DNA of 64,000 nucleotides from Nitrosopumilaceae archaeon (GTDB lineage Archaea; Thermoproteota; Nitrososphaeria; Nitrososphaerales; Nitrosopumilaceae): the NCBI GenBank assembly GCA_965214835.1, contig CBDCCK010000002.1:2304001-2368000 (forward strand), given 5' to 3'. The notes under the pieces were generated by a model. It was not told the DNA's origin and did not search any database. It worked only from the letters and a program-made list of their open reading frames with translations. Positions within the stretch are counted from its first letter, which is position 1, and every line of letters starts with the position of its first letter. The translations under genes and the position numbers were made by a program. Shown one piece after another: positions 31,073 to 42,371 of this stretch.

Positions 31073-31269
31073 TTGCGTAACTGCGATCAAAATGCCCTGT
31101 AGTATAAGGATCTGCGATCAGCTGTTTTTAACAAAAAATGACTCCAAGCTAGCTCTTGGGGTATATCTAGTGAATGCAATCAGCAGTCTGTTGCACGATC
31201 CTGGTTTTAGGCACGAAAGACCGGTAGCCTTTACGCGTCCAGACACGGCCATGCAAGACTGCTGTTTCC

Positions 31270-32576
31270 CAGTGACGGAAATGTATCCCCTTTAAATACA
31301 CCTGACAGACGGCAGCATAAAAAAACCCACCAAAAATGTAAGCAAATCTCTTACCATCACAGGCGGGGGCAGAATCAAGTTCTACAAACAGCATAACGTG
31401 CTATACGGACTGCCCCTAGTTTGTGATGGTTCTGGCCTCCATGTGCAGATCGGGCCAGACTGCTACAGGGGCGGTGCTGGAGTTCGAAGACAGTGAGAAT
31501 CTGCCCATTGCCAGATGGTTTCACGGGAAGGTCAGAACCGCGGGCCTTGACGGGACAAGGGAGATCTGCGCTGACATGGTGAAGACTGCAATCAAGGCTA
31601 CCAAAAAGGGCGGCATTCACAAAAAAGGCCCGGTCATGATTGCAATAGACCAGGCACGAGATACCTAGATACGACAAGGACAACATAAAGTACCTGATAA
31701 GATCAAAGCCCAAAAAGGGAACAAGCAGGTTCGAGGCGATGCGACCATGCAGGCAGTCGATTCCCCTGTCAACGCCACGCTCGGATGCATTCTGCTCGCA
31801 AGGGGGGGGATTTTGACGCCGACTTCGTGCGTAAATTCGTGGATATTCTCAGGAAATTAAACACAAGGCAGCGCCTTTTTCTACCGGATCGGGAGTTCTA
31901 CTCGGTCGACATAATGACAGAAATGCGCCATGCAAGAAAAGTTTTTGATGCCTGCAGTCAAGAACATCTCTATTGCCTTTTTTACGGTGATGGCACACGA
32001 GGCAGGCAGGATCGACGAGAGCTGCGTGTCAGGCTTTGCCATCAGGAACAGCAAATGCAGGACCTCGTCGTTTAGCCTGGTCATCGTGCCGTCTGCCATG
32101 CACGGCAAAAAGGACAAGACTGTAGTGGAGCAGTACGTGGCATTTGCCACCAATCTCCCGTTCTCCAACGCGCTGCACGAGATCGATACTGCCTCGCAGG
32201 ACTACCGGAAGAGGTGGGGAATAGAGACAGGATGCGTGCAGATAGAGCAGATACGGGCCAAGACCACGAGCAGGAACTAGGACATCAGGCTGCCTGTGTT
32301 CTTTGTGCACCGCCGCCCGCGATTACGTTCTCGGCAGTCATCATCAGGAACTAGGACATCAGGCTGCCTGTGTTCTTTGTGTCTGTATTTGTGTACAACA
32401 TGTGGGCCATCGAGCGCAACAGGGATGACATATGGTGTATGAAAAGGGATCTTACACTGTTGCGGATTGCATGTGTGCTTCTCATGGCTGCCAGAAGAAA
32501 CCTTGCAGAATACGGGTTTGCCGGCCCGCCGCCGTAGGGCTGCGGTGGCTTTTGGGGGTTACATTTCCGTCTACTG
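31270..32576 (+). mobile_element. Degenerate ISH3-family IS with a pseudogenised transposase
   Basis: TIR CAGTGACGGAAATGTATCCCC / GGGGTTACATTTCCGTCTACTG; fragments IAID, DREFYS, YRKRWGIETG. Confidence 0.8.
32271..32381. repeat. 37-bp direct repeat pair with a 37-bp spacer
   Basis: CAGGAACTAGGACATCAGGCTGCCTGTGTTCTTTGTG at 32271 and 32345. Confidence 0.9.
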
Positions 32577-32620
32577 GAATGTAGCAAAGGCAGAAATACA
32601 CCCGTTTTTCAAGAAAAACC

Positions 32621-32998
32621 ATGGATAAAGAGCTCCTAGAGCACATGAAGACGCTGTTTGGCCTGAATCCCGACGCGGTGCCGCCAGGATTACAGTTTCC
32701 CAGACTGCCTCCCGGACTCATGCATCCGATGACCAGCCAATTTGCCGTCCCTCAAAGAAGGACTGCACAGGATGCTGCGTCCCTGACTCCCAGCTTGGAG
32801 GAATTTCAGCAGGCCTATCAGAGACATGCGTCGGGACTGCTCAACTCGCACTATCCTGGGGTCGTACCTCCGGGACATCCGCTATATGAAAAACATGCAT
32901 CCGCCAGTATCCTGAGATCTGAAAACGACAAGCTGTTAAAGGAAAACCTCGAGCTTAAAAAACAACTAGACGAGATGGCAAAGCCTGGATCCCACTAG
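32621..32998 (+). CDS. Hypothetical protein with a C-terminal coiled coil
   Basis: 125 aa, Pro-rich, PPGHPL motif, leucine-zipper-like tail. Confidence 0.65.
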   Translation: MDKELLEHMKTLFGLNPDAVPPGLQFPRLPPGLMHPMTSQFAVPQRRTAQDAASLTPSLEEFQQAYQRHASGLLNSHYPGVVPPGHPLYEKHASASILRSENDKLLKENLELKKQLDEMAKPGSH

Positions 32999-33196
32999 CC
33001 CTCAGTAGTCACTGTGAAATTTCATCTGTATCATCAGATAAATGAAAAGTACCCCAGCCAGGCAGAAAATCAAGGAATTTAGGCCATCTTGGCAACACTG
33101 CAGATGCAAACAGATCAATTGGGGTGGTGAGGATCCCTCTGGAATAGGAACGCTTTTTTTCGCACACTTTTTGAGTTAGGAGGTCGAATCACAGAT

Positions 33197-33487
33197 ATGA
33201 GCAAGAAAACATGGAGTGCGCAGGACAAGATAGAGATAGTCATGGAGCAGTTCAACACCAACATCGAGACGGCAGAGCTGTGCCGCCGTCACAGCCTCTC
33301 CCCTAGGACGTTTTATCAGTGGAGGGAGCGCTTTTTGCAGGCAGGATGCGCCTCGCTGTCGGGTAGAGGCCACAAGTCAACGGAGGAGCAACAGCAAAAG
33401 GAGATCGAGTCGCTCAAGAAAATAGTTGGGGAGTACGCCGTGGCCAATGCGGCATTAAAAAAAACCTTGGAGACAGGCAACAGGTGA
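33197..33487 (+). CDS. IS3-type transposase OrfA (HTH), orphan
   Basis: ELCRRHSLSPRTFYQWRERFL plus zipper; A-rich run near the end; downstream part interrupted by an IS. Confidence 0.8.
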   Translation: MSKKTWSAQDKIEIVMEQFNTNIETAELCRRHSLSPRTFYQWRERFLQAGCASLSGRGHKSTEEQQQKEIESLKKIVGEYAVANAALKKTLETGNR

Positions 33488-33495
33488 CGGCCGCA

Positions 33496-34582
33496 GAGAA
33501 GCGATTCTTAATTAGCAGATTTTGACCCACTTGGGCACTAATCTATGCCTGACGGATCAAAATACCTGTAAAACCATGTACAAATCATGTGTTTGATCGA
33601 TAGACTGACAAAAAACCCACGGACGTTCCGGATGTTTGCAGGAATGACCGAGGCAGAGTTTGACCAGCTGTGTACCGAGGTGCAAAAGAAATTTCCAGAT
33701 ACCGAGAAGAAGAGGCTCTCAAGGCCCGACCGTGTGCGGGATATAGGCGCAGGCAGGCCCTTTGCCCTGGATCTGAGGAACCGCGTACTGCTGGTCTTGT
33801 TCTACTACAGGACGTACGTCTCCCAGGACGTGGCTGGCGCCATGTTCGGTATAGGACAGGCGTCGGTCTCGCGCTCCATAAGCCTGACTAAGCCCCTGCT
33901 AAAACAATGCCTGCCGATCCCCGAGAAGATTTACAAGGACTCCAAGAGGATCTCCTCAGTCGAGGAGCTGGCCGAGATCTTCCCGGGGATGGTGTGCCTG
34001 ACTGACGCCTCCGAGCAGCCCACAAACAGGCCCAAGAGAAAGGACATGGAAAAGTCGCACTATTCGGGCAAGGCAGGCACGCACACGGCCAAGGTCCAGT
34101 ATACGGTCAACATACACGGTGCCATAGTGCACAAGACCCCGCACTCGCCGGGGCGCGTAAACGACGTCAAGATATACCAGATGAAGCATCCCACGTTCTG
34201 GAGCGGTGAGGAGGACGGCGAGGAGCTGCGGCACTATATGGATCGCGGATACCAGGGTGCGCAGCACATCGATGCAGGGACGAAGGTTATACTTCCAATC
34301 AAGAAGAGTCCTGGCGGCAAGCTGACCGACGATGAAAAAGAGTACAACAGAACACACTCAAAGATACGGGTGTACGTGGAGAATGGCATACGCAGGGTCA
34401 AGACATTCAAGATAATGAGCTACAAGTACAGAAACAGGCTCAGAAAGTACGATCTGGCCAACAGTATCGTGTGCGGGCTGGTCAACCTGAGGATACTGGA
34501 ACGGATAGCTGCTGTGGCCTGAAAAACACGGCAGAAAACAACTGCAACCTGCCACTCGTAATTTAATTACGGATTGCTTCTC
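33496..34582 (+). mobile_element. IS5-like (ISL2/DDE_Tnp_4) insertion sequence
   Basis: Imperfect TIR GAGAAGCGATTCTTAATTA / TAATTACGGATTGCTTCTC around the transposase. Confidence 0.75.
33587..34522 (+). CDS. IS5/ISL2-type DDE transposase
   Basis: DASEQ, YSGK, DRGYQG, RVYVENGIRRVK. Confidence 0.88.
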   Translation: MCLIDRLTKNPRTFRMFAGMTEAEFDQLCTEVQKKFPDTEKKRLSRPDRVRDIGAGRPFALDLRNRVLLVLFYYRTYVSQDVAGAMFGIGQASVSRSISLTKPLLKQCLPIPEKIYKDSKRISSVEELAEIFPGMVCLTDASEQPTNRPKRKDMEKSHYSGKAGTHTAKVQYTVNIHGAIVHKTPHSPGRVNDVKIYQMKHPTFWSGEEDGEELRHYMDRGYQGAQHIDAGTKVILPIKKSPGGKLTDDEKEYNRTHSKIRVYVENGIRRVKTFKIMSYKYRNRLRKYDLANSIVCGLVNLRILERIAAVA

Positions 34583-35494
34583 AGGGCACTGCCCCCCATA
34601 TCAGACGGGCAGAAAAAGCACGCGATAGTGGGGCAAACTCCCTTTATGTGACGGGAAGGGAGCAGAACATGGATTTTGTAGACGACGTAGTCGATGGAAT
34701 CAAAATAAAGAAAATAGGAACGCCGGTGTGGAGCAGAAATTACAAGACCCTGGATAAAAAACGAAAGCGGAAAAATGCCAAAATGGCTCTGTTTAGACTA
34801 TAATTCTGGCATCATCGACTCAGATTGCAAGTCCGCAGTCGGCCAAGCTAGGCTCGGGGAGGGGGCTTTTTGATCTGCGGTTTTGTATACTCTTCTGTGA
34901 TGCGGGCAGGCAGCACCTTGAGCTTGGCCGCCCAGAGATGCAGTGCCGCAATCTTCCCTGGTACTGGCAACAGTTGCCAATAAGCGGGAACTTTTCTTCC
35001 CTGTTACTGGCAACGGTTGCCTACTTGCGGGAATCAGCAGATCCGACCGTGTCTGAAGACGCGGCAAAGCGACACGTTCTGACGATCGCCTGATCCAGAG
35101 CAGTGAACAGGACACAGAGATCCATTAGGAGTCAAACAAGGAGAAAAAAGAGTTGCATGTGTGATCGTCATTTGATCACCGTCCTTGAGAGCGGATCAAG
35201 GCCGGGGTCATCAAAGGGATTGTCATGCTTGCCTGTACCGTGCCTTTGAGGACGCGCCGCCCACATCGCCCGTCCTGAGATCCTTTTTTGCAAACCTTGC
35301 CTCCACGTGCTTTGCTATTATCGTGCCGCTTGACTCGCCCAAAGAGAAACCCCCTACCTCAAGCCACAGCCTGTCTGCAAGTCTCTTTGGGACGCTGGAC
35401 ACGGCTGCCCCGCTGCCGTGCCCGTGGATGACTCGCCATGTTTTTTGTGTGGATCCAGTGCATCCGGAACTTGAAATAAACTCAGGGCGCGTTT

Positions 35495-35553
35495 TTGCAA
35501 GCTTTGCAATACCCACTTGCAAGCTTTGCAAAAAAACTTTGCAAGCTTTGCAA
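35495..35553. repeat. Three 15-bp near-palindromic repeats with a 22-bp period
   Basis: TTGCAAGCTTTGCAA at 35495, 35517 and 35539. Confidence 0.85.
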
Positions 35554-36227
35554 AGATACTCGTGGCAGATTGACTCGCATTATCTCACGATTTCCAAAAA
35601 ACGAGACCAGGACACAGGGCCCCCGTCGGGGACTCCTGATCCCCACAACCTTCTGGGACGCCGGAGTCTTCCCAGCCCCTTATCTTTACCTGAGTGAAGA
35701 ATTCCCCCGCACCACATTGAATCAGACGACCGTCTTCGGACAGACAAGACAAAATCATGCCCGCGAGCTAGGAATCATTGCAATCAACCCCGTATGATTA
35801 ATTTTAAAATCATAGTATCATATCCGGAGGAATATCAAAAACATGACAGGAATCAAGAACATGAAAAACAGAGTTTATCAATTCTGAGGGTATTGACTAT
35901 TTCCCTTTCTATCCTGCCACGACATATAATACATCTCGGAATCTTTTGAGCCTTTTGATCACCAAAAGTCCATCATTTTTAACCCCTCATCGGATGTCAT
36001 CGGAATCATCTGAGAAGATTATCTTCCCTCGGGCAGGTTCGTGATCCCGCCGCCTGTGGTTGCAGGATGCCCCATAGGCAGAGTCCGCATCCCAGATAAA
36101 GCCATCCCGAGCATCAAGTAAAGCATGAAAGCGGAAAAACTCGGCTTTGAGCAGTGTCACACGTGGTCAAAGAACCCAGATGTCCACGATCCCCGCCGGC
36201 CTTGACGAACAAGAGGGGTGCGGGGCG

Positions 36228-36494
36228 TCATTTGATGTGCAGTTTTTTGAGCTTTTCTGCAGGCAGATCCGCCTCTTCCATCATCTCGTCCAGGACCCTG
36301 TCGTACTTTGTCCTGCCCTTGCCTGGGGCGCCTGCGGGCCGTACGGGGATCAGCTCCAGCCTGTCCGGGTGCGCCACGAACTCGACGATCTGGCCTCCCG
36401 CAATGCCGAGATCTTCTGCCAGCTCCTTTGGAACGGTGATGGCGAGGCTGCCGGCCTGCCTGCGCACCTTTCTATAGTGTTTTTTTTCAGACAT
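36228..36494 (-). CDS. AbrB/MazE/SpoVT-family DNA-binding protein
   Basis: RKVRRQAGSLAITVPKELAEDLGIAGGQIVEF. Confidence 0.8.
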   Translation of the reverse strand: MSEKKHYRKVRRQAGSLAITVPKELAEDLGIAGGQIVEFVAHPDRLELIPVRPAGAPGKGRTKYDRVLDEMMEEADLPAEKLKKLHIK

Positions 36495-36539
36495 ACACTG
36501 TAACCGTGTTCCATGTTTAAGGGTCCGGGGTTTTTTGTA

Positions 36540-36599
36540 AAGCACTGCCCCAAAAAGTGCGACAAGTGCAACAGCACCAACATGAAAAAGCCCGAAAAG
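36540..36599 (+). pseudogene. 5' fragment of the IS66 transposase that resumes at 41325
   Basis: HCPKKCDKC...KKPEK joins in frame to LFSKTVTEIP across an 8-bp duplication. Confidence 0.7.
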
Positions 36600-36710
36600 G
36601 TAACAGCTCGGGCTCTGGAAGTTCAGGCACGAATTTTGCCATCAAAGAAGGCCGATCAAACAGAATTTATGCCTGAAATTGTAAATCACTTCCGAAGCCC
36701 GAGCTGTTAC
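36600..36710 (+). mobile_element. 111-bp IS66-derived MITE
   Basis: TIR GTAACAGCTCGGGCT / AGCCCGAGCTGTTAC. Confidence 0.88.
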
Positions 36711-36859
36711 AAAATATCTCCGTTTAGTTTGGATCCGGTGGGAAGCGATGCGGTAGCAGGATAGACACTAGGCGGAGTTAAAGTCGCGCCCCCTGCCGGC
36801 CAGGCATGAAAATCATAACTGCAGGCAAGTGTGTGTCTGGTTGCTGCCCGGGCAGCATG

Positions 36860-37243
36860 ATTTCAACACAAAATGACGTGTTTGCACACCAGTTTGACAT
36901 GGCACCACAGCAGTTTGAAACATTGCGACAGAGATTCTCCAGGTTCGGGCTGGCCGTCTCAGAGAGCCACAACGCAGCGTATGGCCCAGTCGACGTACTG
37001 CGCGTGCTAGGCTTCATGTCTGGGAGGAGGATGTTTGCAGAATCTGCCGTGACGCATCTTCGCAGGCACCGGCATGACGGCGGAGCTGCCTCCGAGGCCG
37101 GCGCATGCAATCGTCGTACGCCCAGTCCGGACCGGATCCCAAGGACTATCCGGTGCGTCAGTCCGGACGGCGCGCAAAAGTGGTGCAGCTCCACGGTACA
37201 GCACACGGTGAGAGGCACCCGCAGGTCCGGCATGGCGCGTTGA
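36860..37243 (+). pseudogene. ISH3-type transposase N-terminal remnant
   Basis: SHNAAYG...TPSPDRI resembles the N-terminus of 25778-27025. Confidence 0.45.
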
Positions 37244-37440
37244 CCACGACGATGCAGTCACCGCCTAGTATGAGATCATGATCCCCCATGATCTCGATTG
37301 TTCTCTGGTAAGGGGATCTTATGTTCTGATGGCCGGCAAACGAGATTTCAAATCGGACTGCTCAAAACGATTCCGTGCGCATATTTTAAAATAGTTCCCG
37401 CGGCAGGTGGGATTTCAAATCGGACTGACCACTCCTCAAA

Positions 37441-37731
37441 TCAGTGTGAGCTGATTTTCGTATAATAGGTGAAAAAAATCAGCAAGCCAACGATTACCCA
37501 AGGAGCAACGCGAAAAAAACCAGATGCCAGAAGTTTGTGCGTTGGGTTGACTGATTCTATTTCACATGGAGTCATTTTTCCAGTATCATCCTCAAACCAA
37601 CACTCATCAGGATTGCCTGCATAGACAGGCTCAGACATGGAATATCTATACTCATATCTAATCATACCAATTGAAATCAGAATAGCTGCTGACAATAAAA
37701 TCACAATGAGAAATTTTGATCTTTTATTCAA
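37441..37731 (-). CDS. Small two-TM membrane protein, AT-rich
   Basis: 96 aa; two hydrophobic helices around a loop with two Cys. Confidence 0.6.
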   Translation of the reverse strand: MNKRSKFLIVILLSAAILISIGMIRYEYRYSMSEPVYAGNPDECWFEDDTGKMTPCEIESVNPTHKLLASGFFRVAPWVIVGLLIFFTYYTKISSH

Positions 37732-39251
37732 GAAAAAGGGGGGCTAGCATACATTATATGATTTTATGCATGGTCGCAGCCAAGTGAAAAGTACCCCGAA
37801 ATCGGTAACAGCTCGGGCTCGGGAAGCTCAGGCGTGAATCTTGCCACCTTGGAGGCCCCCTTGGGCAGCACCCCAGGCTAGCAGGAAGATCTGAAAAAAT
37901 CACAACACATAAAGATCCCAGGATCTGCCTTCCGGGTATTGGTTGGGGATCCTGACATTACGGACGTGGACTGGAGAATTCCCGACGTGATCCGCCTGTT
38001 TGAACACATGAAGACAGGGGTGGATAATGTTGAAAAATACAACCAGCAGCTGCAAAAAGACAACGAGCAGCTGCAAGGCGAACACCAGCAGCAGTAGAAA
38101 GTGATCCAGCAGCAGCAAGAGGAAATCGAACGGCTAAGGGCACTGCTCGGCCAGTAGATACCGGCGTCCGGATCCGGGCCGGTGTGGGGTTCCGTTCCAA
38201 AGGAGGCCCGCAAAGAGCCGAACTCGCGCGGCTATAACGTGCGCAAGTTCCACGACTTTCCGCATCCTGAAAAGGCGGCCCCAAAAAAGAGGTTGGAGAC
38301 CAAGGCCGTCACCCGTACATGCACTGCAGACGCCGAGTTCTGCCCCGACTGCTGCAACAGGCTCTCTGACTGGTGCGAAAGGTACGCAAGGAAATCTGAG
38401 GATCTGGTCGACGGCAGGTGGACCGAGACGGAATGGGACGTCACCAAACGCTACTGCAAGTCATGCAAGAAAAAGCGCGCTGCCCCCGTGCCAGGCGTGC
38501 TACCAGGCGAGCATTACGGCACGCGCGTCATCGGGATAATCGTGTTTCTCCGCTGCATGTGTCTGTCCTTTGAGAGGATCCAGACCATACTGCACACGCT
38601 TTACGGCGCCCACATACCGGCGTCCACCCTGATCCACCTGTGTGATGTATCGACTACCAGGATGATGCCCGTATATGACGGCATTCTGGAGGAGATACGG
38701 CGCTCAGAGTCCGTCGGGGGTGATGAGACGGGCTGGTTTCTCAACGGGGCCGGCCACTGGGTATGGGTGCTTGTGACAAAATTCTCCGTATTCTACCACA
38801 TAGCGCCGTCCCGCTCGGGCGACGTCATAGATTCCCTGATGGCAACCTTTGACGGCATCGTGACATCCGACTCGTACTCGCCGTGGAACCGCATCGGCTG
38901 CATGCACCAAAAGTGCCTCCTGCACTACCTTCGGGACATGTACCTGACGCTGGAGAAGAACCCCGGCGCCGAGTTTGCCACGATGTTTTGCAGGCTCCGC
39001 GGCACCCTAAAGGACGCAATAGAGCTGGGCAGGGCCACGCCCGGGGAGGTGCAGTGCCTGAAATATCGCGTGCGCAAGCTTGCCTCGGCCGCGTACACGG
39101 ACGGGGACTGCATCCGGTATACAAAGCGCCTCAAAAGGGAGGTCGACGATCTGTTTACGTTCCTAGAGCATGACGTCGAGTACCACAACAACGGCAGCGA
39201 GAGGGCGCTGCGCATGATTGCCGTGATACGGAAGATCCTGTACGAAAACAG

Positions 39252-39400
39252 TAGTCAATTCATAAAAAAACGAACAATTTTGACAACTGCTTTTGATCCA
39301 AACATTAAGATCAGGCAAACCATCGCACATGCATGGGAAAACAGGCAGAATTTGTGGCATCTAGGGACAAATTCCTGGGCAAGCAAAGCACTCACGCCTT
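39252..39400 (+). mobile_element. Partial IS630 left end, inverted relative to 39534-40674
   Basis: About 130 bp similar to the reverse complement of 40545-40674. Confidence 0.7.
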
Positions 39401-39413
39401 TGCAAGGCGTACT

Positions 39414-39534
39414 AGACCCGACAGTATGGAACACGACAGTTGTTGCTGCTGCAGTTAATTCGTGCATGTGGAGTTTGACATACTGCCACACAAGACCCGA
39501 CAGTATGGAACACGACAGTTGTTGCTGCTGCAGT
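39414..39534. repeat. 41-42-bp direct repeat pair with a 37-bp spacer
   Basis: AGACCCGACAGTATGGAACACGACAGTTGTTGCTGCTGCAGT at 39414 and 39493. Confidence 0.9.
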
Positions 39535-40674
39535 AGTCAGCCCATCAAATATCGGAACATCTTTACCGGTAGGATCTCTCCGCTGGTAAACAGATTCCGC
39601 ACGGACTGCTCCATCTCATCAAGCGTATCAAACACCTTGGCAGACAGCCTCCGCTTTATCTCCCTCCACTGTATCTCTACAGGATTGAGCTCCGGCGTGG
39701 ACGGCGGCAGGTACTCCAGTATTATCTCGCCCTTGTACTTTTCCAGCGTCTTCCTTACGCCGACAGACTTGTGGTATGACGCATTATCCAGGAATATCAA
39801 CACCTTTCCGTACTTTTCGTGCACCTTTTCCAAAAAGTCGCAAAAGCTGTTGGTGTTGGTCTTGTCATAGAACATATAGTAGAATATGTTAACTGCCAGC
39901 ACGCCGAACATGTACCGGCGCTGCCGTGACAGCGTCAAGGGCGCCGTGACGCTCATGCCGCGCCTGATCCACCCGTGTTTGGGGCTGTTTGAGGTCTTTT
40001 GTATGGATGACTCGTCTTCTGCCAGTACCGTATACCCTTGCGCCTCCTTTTCCCGTATCAGCTCCTGGGATGCCTCCTTGAACTCGTTCTGCTTTTGTTT
40101 TGAGACGGCCTTTGGGTTCTTGGGCCTCGGCTTCCTCCATGAGAACCCAAGCTCGCGTGCCAGCAGCCGCGTGCCGCTCTTGCTGTATTCTATGCCGAAC
40201 TTCTTTTTGATGTGCCGTCTCATCAGGCCCGAGTCCCACAGGCTGCTCTCAAAACCGCACTCCTCGGATCCTGACTTGAGATCCGCCGCAAGCTGTTTCA
40301 GCTGCGACTCACTCAGCTTGTGCTTGCGTCCCCTGCCTGGCCGCTCGTGCCTTGCACGTATTCCCTCGTCCTGTGCGCGGATGAGCCACTTGGATATGGT
40401 GGAATGTGCCCGGTCGAGGTTCTTTGCTATCTGTTCCACACCGAGGTCGTCCTTGCGCTGCATGTATGCAAGCAGCCTGTCGCGCTTTCTCTTGTCTGTC
40501 TCCTTTTTGTATGCCTTGTGCAGGTAGGAGCGTGACGTATTTGGCAGGAATTTGCTCCCTGATGCTACGAATTCCTTTCTCTGTCTGTCCATGCATATGC
40601 GCATTCCTTGCCTGATCTTAATGTTTGGATCAAAAATAGTTGTCAAAATTGTTCTTTTTTTTATATATTGACTA
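39534..40674 (-). mobile_element. IS630-family IS (transposase about 39537-40604)
   Basis: TAGTCA/TGACTA ends; AEDES, LDNASYH, PELNPVE motifs. Confidence 0.88.
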
Positions 40675-40849
40675 AGGTCAGAAAAGGGGATGAAAATGAC
40701 GGAGGCCATGTGTACAGTATACGCCATGTGCGAGCTGCGCGGCGTCAACTTTTGCTCGTTCGTAACGGACTATCTTGACGGCAGGGTCACGGAGATCCCG
40801 ATGCCTGCTCGGTGCGTCGGTGCGGCGGTAGCAGTATAACGGACAATTG

Positions 40850-40967
40850 GTAGTAGGATAGCCCATGCCTAGGCAGCAATCAGGCATGAATCTGCCTGCA
40901 GCTGTGATTTTCATGCCTGACCGGCAAGGGACGTGATTCCAGCTTTAGGCAGGGGCTATCCTGTTAC
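40850..40967 (-). mobile_element. IS66-type MITE (GTAACAGGATAGCCCC family)
   Basis: TIR GTAGTAGGATAGCCC / GGGCTATCCTGTTAC; inverted copy of 43036-43153. Confidence 0.8.
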
Positions 40968-41204
40968 GACAATGGCATTACATGCTCCGCAGGCACGCCC
41001 CAGATCCGGATGCCCAAGACTGCTGCCACGGCATGGTTATGCAATGATGGCAGTGACAGCTGCAGGCGGTGCGCCGTACATTCGGTTCCGGCTTGATGTC
41101 ACCATGTCTAGGAATCCCCGAAAACATGACAGATTGTGCCTAAATCCCGGCTTCCGGAGCCCGATCAGACAGACTCGTGCCCGGAATCAGGAATAGACTT
41201 TATG

Positions 41205-41316
41205 GTAACAGGTCGGGCTTTGGAAGTTCAGGCGTGAGTTTTGCCATCTTGGAGGAATCCTCCTAGGCAGATTTGTGCCTGAAATCAAGAACAGCTTCCA
41301 TAGCACGACCTGTTAC
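41205..41316 (+). mobile_element. 112-bp IS66-derived MITE
   Basis: GTAACAGGTCG...CGACCTGTTAC; direct copy of 36600-36710. Confidence 0.88.
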
Positions 41317-41324
41317 CCGAAAAG

Positions 41325-42371
41325 TTGTTCTCAAAGACCGTGACTGAGATCCCCAAGAAGCCCAAACCGGTCACGACAGAGCACACCGCATACAAACGCG
41401 AATGCGCCGACTGCGGCCACGTGTCAATCGAGGACGACAGGGACTGGAACGTGCAGGGAACCGAGTTTGGACCAAACATTACGGGGATGATAACCTCAAT
41501 GCACATGGCACCTGCCTCCATACAGGCCACGGCCACAATGTGCTCAGAAATCCTGGACATGGACGTCTCAGAGGCAGGCGTGCTGCAGTGCCTGAGGGCC
41601 TGCACCAAGGCAATAAAGCCCAGCGTAAAGGGCATCAAACAGGCCATCAAGGATTCTGATTATCTGCATATTGACGAGACTGCCATGCCATACAACGGCA
41701 GGACGGCCCGCATATGGGTAATAGTGGGCAAGAACAAGGACGGCTCCACGACCGGCGTTCATACGCTGGTCGCACCCAGCAGGGCCAGGGTCGTAGTTGA
41801 CACGAACTTTCCGTATTATGATAAACCAGTTACAGTTGATGGGTACGGCGTATATGTCGTATTCAAGATCAGGCAGTGGTGCTGGGCACACATACTCCGG
41901 GAGGCCAAGGACGCCGGCAAGACTTCCCGGCAGGCCCACGAGCTGTATGATGCCCTCAAGAAAAAATTTCTTTTTGCCAAGGGGCTGGGGCCACCACCAC
42001 CGGAGGAGAAGAAGAACGGTGTCAGGCAGCAACAACACGACATGCTGGTAGTCGAGACACGCGCGCTGGCCGTAGCATTCAGGGAGGCAGGTTGCAAAAA
42101 ATTTGCCACAAAGCTTGAGAATGCCTCAGAATACCTGTACACGTTCGTGCTGTATCCGGGCATGGAGCCCACCAACAACCTAGCCGAGCGCATGCTGAGG
42201 CCGTCCGTAATTGCGCGCAAGATATTCCAGGGACTCCGTACCATGGAGGGCATGGAGATGTTTACCGTACTGATGACGTGTACGATGAACTGGCGCGCCC
42301 AGAGTTGCAACGTGAGTGAGATGGTCGCCAAGACCCTGACTGGAAACGTCGCCTGAGGGGTAAACTCTTAC
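41325..42371 (+). mobile_element. IS66-family transposase 3' part (ORF to 42356) and right TIR
   Basis: HIDET, VDGY, CWAHILRE, PTNNLAERMLR; ends GGGGTAAACTCTTAC. Confidence 0.88.

Larger units (their letters stand above)
37805..40839 (+). mobile_element. IS66-family element with an interrupted transposase
   Basis: Left end GTAACAGCTCGGGCTC; CPDC, GDETGW, SDSY, NNGSERALR; ORF resumes (RSEKGMKM...) at 40675. Confidence 0.85.

Noticed and set aside
38182-39870. 562-aa ORF as one protein
   Set aside because: Read-through from the IS66 transposase into inserted DNA and the antisense strand of IS630
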